Below the pieces are notes generated by a model. The model saw nothing but the letters and a program-made list of their open reading frames with translations. It did not search any database and was not told the origin of the DNA. From IMG/VR virus record IMGVR_UViG_3300014720_000001, positions 1-64,000 of that record: 64,000 nucleotides of DNA. One strand, 5' to 3'. The translations under genes and the position numbers were made by a program. This document shows positions 7,436 to 16,625 of the stretch, piece by piece (the first letter of the stretch is position 1; each line of letters begins with the position of its first letter).

Positions 7436-10069
7436 TTATCCGATGTCCCGGGCAAGGTCGGCGGCAGGTAGCAAATACTTATCGCACCAGTTGCTGTCGA
7501 CCAGAATACCCGGCAGGTTGCGCACAGCTTCCTCTCCGCCGAAAACTCCGCGACGCGCCAATAGTTTAACAAGCCAGAGCCAATTTGGGGCTAGGGCTTT
7601 TCTATCATAAAAATAGCGGTCGATCGCGCGCTGATTCAACCACCAGTGCGCGGTCTTTCTGACGAGGTAATTTCCGGGTTGATCTGCCCTGCGCGGTCGC
7701 GGTAACACAGCCAGCGCGCCGGTTTGTACGGCGGTCGTTAACTCAGCGAAAAACGCAGTATCTGCCGCGTCTGGCGTTGTTAAATGATTTGTAGCGTACT
7801 CCAGCTGGAACGCATCGCCGTATGTTTCTGCCAGCCACGCGTGCATGTCGGTTAACACTGCCAGCGTTGTCAGCGGGTTGGTCCGGCTGATCCGCATTCG
7901 CTGGCGCAAGGCGCGCTGCAGGTAGCCGGGCAGGACATACGCCAGCGCGCCAAAGTCTGTATCGGGCGCTGCGCTGCCGTGAATCACCTGCCAGCCATAG
8001 CTTGTCGCCACGTTGGCCGCAGTCGGCGACAGTTGCGCAAGCACCGCGCGGTTGTGGCAGCGCGGCACGGTCGGACTAAGGCTTGCGGCGTCGAATACGT
8101 TTGAGACAAATGTCGGCCACTCTAGTTCTGCCGTACGTTCGTACATAGCCGCGCTGGAGTCTGAACGGCGCAGCAGATCAATGCGTTTGTGCTGGCAGCC
8201 AAGCACCTCGCCAATCGCGGCGGCGGTCGCGAACCCGCCACCCGGGATCGCCGTCGCGACCGAGTCTCGCCGCAAAACTGGATCGATCAAGTCTGCTGCG
8301 ATCGTTGCGACGACAGACCAGATAAACGCGTTCTCTGCGGTTGGAGTAAGGAACTGGCGAATTGCTGGTGGCGCGACCGCTACCGGTTCAGGAAACGTAA
8401 CGTGTTTGTTTTTCGCGCTAGTTTGCGCTGCAATGGTCGGCGTGCCGTCGGTTGCCAGTTCGTAGTTAGCGAACCGGAACACTGCTGCGCGTTCGTCCCA
8501 GCCGAGGCGGTTTGATACGCACACCAGCTCGGGGCGGCTTAGATCGATGGCGATGAGGTGGCTGCGGCTGTTCCAGCGCCCGTCAAACATCATCACTTTT
8601 TTGTGAGACGCTACGATCCCTGCGCAGTACGCCAGCAAACCAGTGCGTTCGATTTTGGTAGCGCCGTCCGCAAAGTGAAGTTCGTCGCCGTCGAGGTAGA
8701 TCGTGCCGTGATACGTTTTTTCGCCGTCGTCGGCTTGGATGATCTTATTGATAACAATGTTCGCGGCGCAGATATGCTGGTTTGTTACGCTCCACCAACC
8801 GGACGCCTTGGGGATTACGGTCCGCTGCCACGGGCGCGACAAGCGCGGGACAATGTCGCGGCACGTTTTAACATTTGTTAGTACGCGGTCGGCAAACCCG
8901 GCCGAGAAGTTGCCGCTGATTTTTGTTAAAAACGGCGCCAGTTTATCTGGCATGATTGTGAGTCGGGTCGCAAATGAGTGTGCTGCTATTTCGTTCATTT
9001 GGGCAAGCGTGCTGCTCAGCCGCGTTTGCCACGTCTCGGCGTTTTTGCGGATCGACACCAGCCGGGTCATCGCGTCTGTAGCCAGCCGGTTTCGCATTCG
9101 TTGCGTCGGCGACACGATGGCCACATACCCGCGCGCAGCGGCAGCGCGGCTTATTAACTCTGGCGAGACTGTGTGACTTTGAAAGATTCTCGGGACCGGC
9201 GCAAATGCGTTCCAGCTGCCGCCGACGCTGTTCGCCTCGACGCCGGTGTAGCTCGCCATCACGGGCAGTAACGACAACCCGCGCCGCAGCATTTCGCACT
9301 GCATGGTCAGCGCCCACATCGGGTCGTCGAGAACGAACTGCGTGCTTTTTAGTGTCTCGGTGGACGGCAGCAACGCTGTGCGCAGCAAGAAGTACCCAGC
9401 CTCGACGCGGCCGCGTTTATATTGGCTTACGGCTAAGAAGTTTTGCTTAGTGTTAAACTCCTCGTCGTACTGGACCAGCAGGAAACCGGTTAGGCGCCCG
9501 GGTAGGTCGTAGTACGGAAACACAAGGCTGGCGCCGTTTTCACGCACCGCTCGGTATGGCGGGCGGCGTACAAATTTTTGTAGCGCGGTAATCTGTTCGC
9601 GGTACGCCACGCCGACCAGCCCGCCAGCGTTTATTTCAGCTTGAACGCCAAGCTCGCGCAGGCGGCAGGCAATAACGTCGTCGTGATGTCCCCAGATTTG
9701 CGATTCAGCCGCAAACCAAAACTGCTCAAATTTGTCAAAGCGTTCGGCTGCTCGGGCGTATTCGACGGCCGCGTTGTCTTTTTCCGCTGGATTTATCAGG
9801 TTTAATTCAACAAACCTGTCAATCGCGCCCTCAAGGCTTGTATTCCATAACGCCGCGCCAAACGTTATGATATCTCCATGGGCAAAGCACGAATTACAGT
9901 GCAGCCATATCCCGTTCGTGGTCGTATCGTCGAACAGGTGCAGCGTATTTTTTTGACATAGCGGACAGCCCACAACGGCTGGAAACAGCAGTTGATCCGG
10001 GGAAATGCCCAGCGCCGACAGGGCGATTGCGTGGTGTTGGCGGCCAATCAAACAGGTAGGAAATCCCAT
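7436..10069 (-). CDS. primase-like protein with N-terminal zinc finger
   Basis: CPLC...CNSCFAHGDII...SLEGAIDRF resembles the CHC2-type primase Zn domain; LVFPYYDLPGRLTGF resembles the DnaG core; no clear Toprim EG/DxD or Walker motifs. Confidence 0.6.
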   Translation of the reverse strand: MGFPTCLIGRQHHAIALSALGISPDQLLFPAVVGCPLCQKNTLHLFDDTTTNGIWLHCNSCFAHGDIITFGAALWNTSLEGAIDRFVELNLINPAEKDNAAVEYARAAERFDKFEQFWFAAESQIWGHHDDVIACRLRELGVQAEINAGGLVGVAYREQITALQKFVRRPPYRAVRENGASLVFPYYDLPGRLTGFLLVQYDEEFNTKQNFLAVSQYKRGRVEAGYFLLRTALLPSTETLKSTQFVLDDPMWALTMQCEMLRRGLSLLPVMASYTGVEANSVGGSWNAFAPVPRIFQSHTVSPELISRAAAARGYVAIVSPTQRMRNRLATDAMTRLVSIRKNAETWQTRLSSTLAQMNEIAAHSFATRLTIMPDKLAPFLTKISGNFSAGFADRVLTNVKTCRDIVPRLSRPWQRTVIPKASGWWSVTNQHICAANIVINKIIQADDGEKTYHGTIYLDGDELHFADGATKIERTGLLAYCAGIVASHKKVMMFDGRWNSRSHLIAIDLSRPELVCVSNRLGWDERAAVFRFANYELATDGTPTIAAQTSAKNKHVTFPEPVAVAPPAIRQFLTPTAENAFIWSVVATIAADLIDPVLRRDSVATAIPGGGFATAAAIGEVLGCQHKRIDLLRRSDSSAAMYERTAELEWPTFVSNVFDAASLSPTVPRCHNRAVLAQLSPTAANVATSYGWQVIHGSAAPDTDFGALAYVLPGYLQRALRQRMRISRTNPLTTLAVLTDMHAWLAETYGDAFQLEYATNHLTTPDAADTAFFAELTTAVQTGALAVLPRPRRADQPGNYLVRKTAHWWLNQRAIDRYFYDRKALAPNWLWLVKLLARRGVFGGEEAVRNLPGILVDSNWCDKYLLPAADLARDIG

Positions 10070-11249
10070 GACAAATATCCCGCTCGATCAGGCGCATGAC
10101 GTTAGTGGCCGTGAGACACACCGGCTCACCACCCTGTACCCGCAGCCTGATTTTGTTAAGAATGCCGCGCAAGACAGACTTAACGGAGCCGCGGATCTAC
10201 CACGCCATTTATACGCCGACCAGCGCCATAAACTTTATCCGTGTCATACCGCCCCTGCAACATGGATGTCCGCGCTTTTCTTTGCGGACAAGCAGGCGCA
10301 GTTCTCGCCCGACGACGCGGCGGTTATTAAGACTAGGATACACCAAGCGGCCGAGTATTTCGGTATTCGCGGTGCCGTGGCCGAGATGGAAGAGAAGGTT
10401 GCGGTCAGCGCCACGCAAGATATCAATACCCTGCCGGACTCTGAGTTTGCCGTCGTGTGGGTGGGCGAGGACGGCTCGAAAGAGCGCCACTGGCCGCTGC
10501 GCAACGCCGAAGAAGTCAAGTTTGCGGCGGCGCATTTCAAGGCTCACCGCGACGACTTCGTATTCGACGACCGACATGTAATCGCCACAAAGATCCTCGA
10601 AAAGGCTGCCCAGTACGGCGCAGATGTTTCGGGGGCTGAGGGCTCGCTGGAGCTGGCTGCCGGGCTTGGTGCCTGCGCCGCCAAGGTAGCGAGCGACATG
10701 ATCAAAGACCGCGTACGGCTTACCCGCCGGCAGCACGCGCAGCTGGCGGGCGAGTTGTCCAAGTTAGCCGAGGTTATCGACCAGAACCCGGAAAGGGCTC
10801 GTACGGTCGAGACACGGTTAAAGTTGGCGAGCGCGGTCGATAACTTCGATCGGAGCACGCAGCTCCATCGCCTGTACGACGCCGGCGGATTACCGCGGCC
10901 GGAAGAAGTCCTGTTTGCAATCACTGAAAAGGTGGCGCGGGACTTCATGTCGAGCAGTGTCGAAACCACTACGGGTAACGTATACGCGCTAGATGATCTG
11001 GAGAAGCTAGCGGTAGACGACGTGCGCGAATGGCTGGGTGACGACTTTGCGGACGCGGTAAGCGCCGGCGGCGTCTACATGGACCGCGAGAAGCTGGCCG
11101 CGATTGTGCCCACGCTCGATCGCGGCATAGCGTCTATGCTAGACCGGCTTATGCAGGAAAAGTCTGCTGCGCCGGTCGTGAAGTCAGCGTCGGCTTCTGA
11201 TAGCCTTCTTTCGCTTGCTCGCCTTCACGAGCTTGCGGCGGGCGGTTGA
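10068..11249 (+). CDS. K-x-A-rich protein with two DUF6582-like repeats; probable virion head protein
   Basis: SD GTAGGA before MTNIPL at 10068; DLPRHLYADQRHKLYP and TLPDSEFAV...RHWPLRNAEEVKFAAAHF resemble the recalled DUF6582 pattern. Confidence 0.7.
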   Translation: MTNIPLDQAHDVSGRETHRLTTLYPQPDFVKNAAQDRLNGAADLPRHLYADQRHKLYPCHTAPATWMSALFFADKQAQFSPDDAAVIKTRIHQAAEYFGIRGAVAEMEEKVAVSATQDINTLPDSEFAVVWVGEDGSKERHWPLRNAEEVKFAAAHFKAHRDDFVFDDRHVIATKILEKAAQYGADVSGAEGSLELAAGLGACAAKVASDMIKDRVRLTRRQHAQLAGELSKLAEVIDQNPERARTVETRLKLASAVDNFDRSTQLHRLYDAGGLPRPEEVLFAITEKVARDFMSSSVETTTGNVYALDDLEKLAVDDVREWLGDDFADAVSAGGVYMDREKLAAIVPTLDRGIASMLDRLMQEKSAAPVVKSASASDSLLSLARLHELAAGG

Positions 11250-11726
11250 CGCTTTCTTTTTTGGCTTACGCTTTTTAACCGGCGGATTGAACAGCGTTCG
11301 TATGCGCTTAAGTACGGCCGTATCGCTCGTCCGTTTGTATTGAACGTTGTCCCACGCCTGATCAAGATCTTTGGCGGGAATACCGCGTCGAGCCGACTCA
11401 AGATCGTGCGCCAAGCTGTAGGCCGGGTTGTGCCATTTGTAAGCGACGCCTTTGCCGCCTATCGCGTTGTTTAGCGCTTGGTTATCGGCAACCGACATCT
11501 CGTACACTTCTTGCGTGCGGCGGTCGATGATCATTTGCGCGCTGGCAACGATACCGAAAACGCGCAATTTTTTATCGACAACGCCTTCGTGAATTGCGTC
11601 GACGATGGCGGCGTTAGGGCCGTAGCAGTCCCAGCAAAAATCGACGACTTCTTGAATGCTGTAGTTGCACGCCCGGAAAAACTCAGCGATCCGCGCTACG
11701 CCGGCGTGGTCTATTTTGATGCTCAT
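11184..11726 (-). CDS. hypothetical protein with basic C-terminal tail
   Basis: SD AAAGGAG; C-terminus KKRKPKKKASTARRK. Confidence 0.75.
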   Translation of the reverse strand: MSIKIDHAGVARIAEFFRACNYSIQEVVDFCWDCYGPNAAIVDAIHEGVVDKKLRVFGIVASAQMIIDRRTQEVYEMSVADNQALNNAIGGKGVAYKWHNPAYSLAHDLESARRGIPAKDLDQAWDNVQYKRTSDTAVLKRIRTLFNPPVKKRKPKKKASTARRKLVKASKRKKAIRSRR

Positions 11727-11971
11727 TGGAAAACTAACTCCTTTAGCTTTGTAAGTAACCTGCGCATACTCCAGCGCGGAGTTGCGGTAACCGGCTGCGT
11801 ATGCGCAGTACCGGGTTCAACATTCTGCGACGAGAGCCCGCCCGTTTGTTCGTCTAATTCGCCGCGGCAGTATTCGAGATAGAGCTGCCAGTTGTCGTAA
11901 GAGTCTCGGTCTTCGGCTCGCTCGTATGGGATGTAGGGTGGGTTGTCTGGGACTCTGTCGTTCCAGCCCAT
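11723..11971 (-). CDS. hypothetical protein
   Basis: 4-nt overlap with the downstream gene; AAGGA SD; overlaps the csrA C-terminal tail. Confidence 0.55.
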   Translation of the reverse strand: MGWNDRVPDNPPYIPYERAEDRDSYDNWQLYLEYCRGELDEQTGGLSSQNVEPGTAHTQPVTATPRWSMRRLLTKLKELVFQ

Positions 11972-12144
11972 TGCTTTTTGTCCTTCTTTTTAGTGCCGTC
12001 GATTAACTCGCCGCGAACGATCGCTGTCGCTTTTGGCGCAGTTAATCCAATCTTGACTCGATCGCCTGTGATTCCCAAAACTTTCACAACGATTCCGTCG
12101 CCAATTACAACTTCCTGTTCTTTCTTCCTTGAGAGTACAAGCAT
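11854..12144 (-). CDS. csrA: carbon storage regulator CsrA/RsmA (RNA-binding translational regulator)
   Basis: MLVLSRKKEQEVVIGDGIVVKVLGITGDRVKIGLTAPKATAIVRGEL aligns along its length with E. coli CsrA, including the RNA-binding Arg equivalent to R44; extra low-complexity C-terminal tail. Confidence 0.93.
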   Translation of the reverse strand: MLVLSRKKEQEVVIGDGIVVKVLGITGDRVKIGLTAPKATAIVRGELIDGTKKKDKKQWAGTTESQTTHPTSHTSEPKTETLTTTGSSISNTAAAN

Positions 12145-12154
12145 CTTGTCACCA

Positions 12155-12826
12155 TCATGATGTAGCTGAACCTTGTAGCATTTTTACGACATACTCCGTG
12201 TTGCCGTTTTTAAGGTCTAGCGCGGCCATTTGTTTGATAAGTAAACCCGTTTTCAATCGAATCGACTGGTTGATGTCTTCTGTCTTTCCCGCTTCCAAGT
12301 CGTAGACCGCGTTAAACATCGTCGGGTCATCTGAAAAGTCTGTAATGTTGGGGCTGACCCGTGCTGCCCGCAACGCGATACGCAGAATGTCAGGGGCGTT
12401 GATAATCCCCTCGCTGTCCAGTACGGCGCCGATATAGCCCCGCACTTCGTCAGTGAACGGTTCTTTGTCGTCGTCTTCTGGGGGGCTGATTAGCAACGCC
12501 TCTGTGATTCCCCACGCCACCTCTTCGGCGTCCGCGGGGTCCCACATATCCGGACGGTATGTGTCACCACCCAGCACGTTACAGAACGTCACGAAGTCCG
12601 GCAAGCTCTTGAAAAATTTGTCGGTCGTGAGGATCTGGATTGCGACCAGCAGCTTGTCGAGCGCCAGTTGGGGCAGCTCGACGTCGAACTCCTCTTCGAT
12701 TTCGAGGGTGATCGTCGCCGGGTCCCAGTCCAGCGCCTCAATGCCGAACTTATCCAGAAACAGGGTCAGTAGGACGCTCGCGAACGTCTCCCTGCTTTTC
12801 CACGCTTCCTGCGCTATTGTCGACAT
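12155..12826 (-). CDS. hypothetical protein (223 aa)
   Basis: Long ORF with natural composition, in operon arrangement. Confidence 0.8.
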   Translation of the reverse strand: MSTIAQEAWKSRETFASVLLTLFLDKFGIEALDWDPATITLEIEEEFDVELPQLALDKLLVAIQILTTDKFFKSLPDFVTFCNVLGGDTYRPDMWDPADAEEVAWGITEALLISPPEDDDKEPFTDEVRGYIGAVLDSEGIINAPDILRIALRAARVSPNITDFSDDPTMFNAVYDLEAGKTEDINQSIRLKTGLLIKQMAALDLKNGNTEYVVKMLQGSATS

Positions 12827-13244
12827 TGCGGCCGTTCCTGCTCTTGATGATCTGCACGCCCCGGCGGTACAGCTCCTCTAGATTATACGCGATCGTCTCC
12901 AGCGGCGGCCTAGGCAGCTGCGCCACGCTGTCGCCCGATTCCAGCGCGATCCAGCCCGTTGAGCCAGACCAAGTAGCGTACCGCCCGTCAGCAAACGCGA
13001 GTTGATCGCCGCACGGGCTGCCGGTCAAACCTAGTTCGTTTCTGGTGTTGCGCAGCTGCTCGCACACCAACAGCCGCTGCTCGCTGGACAGGAACTGGAG
13101 GTTTTCCAGCATGTCGGCCAGTAGGAGATAGAACACGTACGTGTCGCTCAGGGGCATGTCACCCGGCGGCGGGCCGCACTTTAAAGCAATGAGAAATAGG
13201 CTGCGGATTTGCAACTTGCTAAGTTTCACGACCCGCATTACCAT
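12750..13244 (-). CDS. hypothetical protein
   Basis: ORF track 12750..13505; start placed at 13244 (or 13238) because the upstream part overlaps a + strand gene with a strong SD. Confidence 0.65.
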   Translation of the reverse strand: MVMRVVKLSKLQIRSLFLIALKCGPPPGDMPLSDTYVFYLLLADMLENLQFLSSEQRLLVCEQLRNTRNELGLTGSPCGDQLAFADGRYATWSGSTGWIALESGDSVAQLPRPPLETIAYNLEELYRRGVQIIKSRNGRNVDNSAGSVEKQGDVRERPTDPVSG

Positions 13245-13281
13245 ATCCAACGTGAAGTGTACTTTTTCTTCGGAGGTATCT

Positions 13282-13560
13282 ATGTCCGTTTCCATCATCG
13301 ACAACCTTTCTAATATCACGCAGGGGCGCGCCGAGATCATCGTCAGCGGCGATGGTATCGAGGAACTGCTGTCGGCTGCAACTGCGAATGCTGTGCTGCA
13401 GAAAGCAGCGGAAGCCGGACTGCACCGGCCGGGCGTATCCAGCGCGAGCGGGCCGTACCCGGTTGATGCCGACGGTAAGACCGACGATGACTTGCTCATG
13501 GGCAAGCGCGGGCCGGTCGCGGGCTATCGCCGAGATTTTGTTATCTTAGCGTCGCTCTGA
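13282..13560 (+). CDS. hypothetical protein (92 aa)
   Basis: SD CGGAGG 5 nt before ATG (MSVSIIDNL); stop abuts the convergent gene at 13561. Confidence 0.75.
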   Translation: MSVSIIDNLSNITQGRAEIIVSGDGIEELLSAATANAVLQKAAEAGLHRPGVSSASGPYPVDADGKTDDDLLMGKRGPVAGYRRDFVILASL

Positions 13561-13962
13561 TCAGGCGTCGTCTGGCCTGTCTACAACAAACATTTCCGTC
13601 GGCTTGCCGTTGTCGAATCCGATTACGGCAAAGCACACGGGAGTGCGGCAGTCGATATCGAGCTTCTTCGCCGCGGCGTACCCGGCGCGGAAGCTCGTTT
13701 TATTTGCGGCTTCCATCGCCGCTTCTTTCGTTCTGAACAGGCCGACCGGTACGTCGTCCATCGTGTGCCGCCATATGACAAGGTAGCCGGTTAATCCCGG
13801 CGGGGCGACGCGGCCCGACTTGGTTTTCTGCGCAGCCAACGCAGACGCCCGCGCGACCCGCAGCTGTGCTGTCGACGCGGTTCCCGTCCACGGAAGCGGC
13901 CTGACAGCCGCCGTACTAGAGGCGCGCGGAGCGCGCCTCTTCTTTTGTGTTTTTGATTTCAT
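13561..13962 (-). CDS. hypothetical protein
   Basis: Likely start MKSKTQ at 13962, overlapping the upstream stop by 4 nt. Confidence 0.7.
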   Translation of the reverse strand: MKSKTQKKRRAPRASSTAAVRPLPWTGTASTAQLRVARASALAAQKTKSGRVAPPGLTGYLVIWRHTMDDVPVGLFRTKEAAMEAANKTSFRAGYAAAKKLDIDCRTPVCFAVIGFDNGKPTEMFVVDRPDDA

Positions 13963-14438
13963 TCCTCTGCTCCAAACTTGTCGATATGCGCCAGTCTGGC
14001 GCAATAGAACTCAGCCACAAGCCCGGCGACGTTGCCGAACCGTTTGACCATGTCCGGAATTACCTGCTCGTTAAACACGCGCAGAATAACTTTCCGAAAT
14101 TTGGCGATTGCCTCTTTTGTGTAGCCTTCTTCTCGCGCTTTCTCGGCGGCTTTGCGTATGTCCGCATTGCCGTCGAACTGCAGTTGAAGGTAGGCCGGAT
14201 TTACAAACTCAATGATGTGCCCGTAAACCTGCCGAACTTCGTAGGCGCACGGCACGTCAAAGACACCGCGGCCCGGCCAGCTCTCGCCGTTGACTTTTTC
14301 TTCTGACAGGTATCGTAGCTTCCCCAGCATCCAACCGAATGCCGACGCGTCATCATTTGGTTCAGCCATGACAAAGGCTGGTTTTGGCGCCGGCGGTTGC
14401 TTGTCAAGTTTTGTTGCAGATTTACTTTTACGCGCCAT
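13959..14438 (-). CDS. hypothetical protein
   Basis: 159-aa ORF with natural composition. Confidence 0.75.
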   Translation of the reverse strand: MARKSKSATKLDKQPPAPKPAFVMAEPNDDASAFGWMLGKLRYLSEEKVNGESWPGRGVFDVPCAYEVRQVYGHIIEFVNPAYLQLQFDGNADIRKAAEKAREEGYTKEAIAKFRKVILRVFNEQVIPDMVKRFGNVAGLVAEFYCARLAHIDKFGAEE

Positions 14439-14559
14439 GATTCACAATAGCTAAGGAAAATTGGGACAGTTTTTGTTCTGACTGCGTAGCCGGGAATCAC
14501 ATCAGCCGTCATAAGACGATTAGATGTGTCCCGACTACACAGTCAGAACACGCCGAAGA

Positions 14560-14934
14560 TCAATCTCCGGCGGTGCAAGCAAGGTACGCATGATACTGCG
14601 CTATAGCCTCAATACGAGGATTAATCTCTCTAGTTACTGGCTCATCGTCCATAGTGGCCAGTTCGCCACGCAGCATAGCCGCGGTGTACTCGTTGTACAG
14701 CCGAGCCATGTGACCACGTAACCGTCGCGTGGTGCGTTTGAGCACGCATTCCTTCAGAAATGCAGCTCGTTCCCAGAAGTTCGCAATCTTTCCCAATTCA
14801 TCAGCGAACTTCTCTGCCGTCTTCTCGAACAGAAGATGCGCCTTGTCAGATACGATCTGAAAAGCCGGTGCCGTCTTCTGGCATCGAGTAGTGACAGCGA
14901 GGCGGATAGACTCCGCTGGGGCCGAAAGAGACAT
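14560..14934 (-). CDS. hypothetical protein, possibly a head protein
   Basis: SD inside an ACGGAG hairpin; KTA, KTA and KIA motifs. Confidence 0.7.
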   Translation of the reverse strand: MSLSAPAESIRLAVTTRCQKTAPAFQIVSDKAHLLFEKTAEKFADELGKIANFWERAAFLKECVLKRTTRRLRGHMARLYNEYTAAMLRGELATMDDEPVTREINPRIEAIAQYHAYLACTAGD

Positions 14935-14955
14935 GCGTTAACTCCGTTGTAACGC
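14935..14955 (-). promoter_or_regulatory. RBS hairpin with ACGGAG hexaloop (CsrA-type site)
   Basis: GCGTTA-C-A[ACGGAG]T-TAACGC directly before the ATG. Confidence 0.6.
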
Positions 14956-15218
14956 GGTAGAGAAGAGCTGCTGATACGACACAGCAGCGACAATAAATAT
15001 GCCGCGTTTTTGCCAGAAATTTAGCTGCCATTCTGGATTCGCGAATTGCGAAAATGCCTGTAATCACGGGACTTACGGCAAATTTTCCAGTTTCCAGAAC
15101 GCGATACAACCGCCGCCCCGCGCTGCCTAAGAGCATGGAGCCCGAAGCCACGCGGCGCGTGGCCTTTCAACAGACCGCAGGGCGGCGGAAGATCGCAGCC
15201 TACACATGGCAGGTGCGG

Positions 15219-15539
15219 CTAGAAAGTCAGTTGGACGACTTGACCCCCAGAGTTCACATAAACGACCCGAACCTTCTTGGCGTCCAGCAAAGATTTGAGT
15301 TGCGTCTTTTTTTCGCTGCTCATGCCGGCAAGACATGATTTGATCTGCGCCATGGCGTTGCGGCGTTTGTCTTGGCGCTTTTGAGCACAGGCGCTGCACC
15401 CACCACTCGCCCCGCTTTTAAACAGATCGCGCTTGTTATAGAAGCACGGAATCGACTCCGAATAGGTCGGGTCGTTTAACATAGAGAGTATGGTGCTATC
15501 TTCTAACACAATCATGTCGCGCATACTAGCTAGCCTCAC
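15219..15539 (-). CDS. small CxxC protein
   Basis: GGCSACAQKR motif; start overlaps the upstream stop. Confidence 0.7.
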   Translation of the reverse strand: MRLASMRDMIVLEDSTILSMLNDPTYSESIPCFYNKRDLFKSGASGGCSACAQKRQDKRRNAMAQIKSCLAGMSSEKKTQLKSLLDAKKVRVVYVNSGGQVVQLTF

Positions 15540-16345
15540 GCAGTTGGCGTAACAGAGTTAGCGGCTGTAACGTACGCCCCGACGCCGGCTACGTTTATCG
15601 CAGCAACACGGAAGCGATAGGCCGTGCCGTTGGTCAGCCCGGTTACAGTGAATGTCGGCACCGCAGAGACAGGTCGCGCGACCGTTACCCAGTTAGGTGT
15701 GCCGGCGGCTAGTGTGCGTTGAATTCGGTAGTCGGTAATAACCGCGCCGCCATTATTTGTTGGCGCCACCCATGTCAGTACCGCCTGTGCATTTCCGGCG
15801 GCAACCTGTAGTGTTGTCGGCGCGGCTGGGACGTTCGGTGGCGTACCAATCCACGTTTCGCCGCCGGGAAGTAATAGGTCCGCAATGTCGAGCGTGGACT
15901 TTAATCGCTGCACGTCCTCGATAACGTCTTCGATAAACGCTTTAACTTCGGCGCGTGAACGCAGCAGAACGTCAACATAGTTTAGTCGAAACCACGCCGG
16001 GCGATCATTTGGGATCGGCTCGTCTTCGGGATACTCTTCCAGATCGGTCGGGGAGCATACGTGATCAAACGCGCCGACCCGTTCTTCTGCGCCGGGTTTC
16101 AGCGGTAACAACTGGTAGGCAAATATTTTGTCTGGCATCTGTGTCGGATTGCTCGCCGTAATCCGCACCCGAATGCCGTCTGTAGTTTCGTAGTTGTACC
16201 GGCTGACCTGCCACGTAAGTTTGACGTGCCGGCTGCTTCCTGTGGCTGGCGGCGGATCTAAATCGGGCAAATAAAAATTCAGCCCGAGCGTGTCCGGCAG
16301 CGTGATGATTTCTTCGTTGGGGCCCTGCGAGCAACAGTCCGTCAT
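15536..16345 (-). CDS. virion-associated protein with C-terminal fibronectin type III domain
   Basis: PAAPTTLQVAAGNAQAVLTWVAP...ITDYRIQ...VTGLTNGTAYRFRVAAINVAGVG is a canonical FN3 pattern. Confidence 0.85.
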   Translation of the reverse strand: MTDCCSQGPNEEIITLPDTLGLNFYLPDLDPPPATGSSRHVKLTWQVSRYNYETTDGIRVRITASNPTQMPDKIFAYQLLPLKPGAEERVGAFDHVCSPTDLEEYPEDEPIPNDRPAWFRLNYVDVLLRSRAEVKAFIEDVIEDVQRLKSTLDIADLLLPGGETWIGTPPNVPAAPTTLQVAAGNAQAVLTWVAPTNNGGAVITDYRIQRTLAAGTPNWVTVARPVSAVPTFTVTGLTNGTAYRFRVAAINVAGVGAYVTAANSVTPTA

Positions 16346-16352
16346 GATATCT

Positions 16353-16625
16353 TTACTCCGTTAATACGCGGGCTGTAATGTTTACTGGCCCCGGCGTGGT
16401 TGAGCGGACATACGCGAGCGCCAGTCCCTCGTTGTCAGTGGGTCCGGGTTGTGTGATTTGCGCGCTCGGGTTGTCGGCAAGAATTTCTACTTGGCGGCCG
16501 GCAACAGGTCGGTCGCAGTCGTCGCGAAGGCGGATTTTGACGACAGCAGCTTGTGCCCCATTGGCTAAGACCTGCGGCTTCGAACCATAAAGCAGCTTCG
16601 AGTGCGTGGGGCTTACGTAGCTCAT
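16353..16625 (-). CDS. stand-alone bacterial Ig-like (Big_1/invasin-type) domain protein
   Basis: VLANGAQAAVVKIRLRD..DRPVAGRQVEI...TDNEGLA...STTPGPVNITARV. Confidence 0.75.
   Translation of the reverse strand: MSYVSPTHSKLLYGSKPQVLANGAQAAVVKIRLRDDCDRPVAGRQVEILADNPSAQITQPGPTDNEGLALAYVRSTTPGPVNITARVLTE

Noticed and set aside
13245-13505. Extended N-terminus of 12750..13505
   Set aside because: It overlaps the + strand gene 13282..13560, which has a strong SD; the start is more plausibly 13244 or 13238
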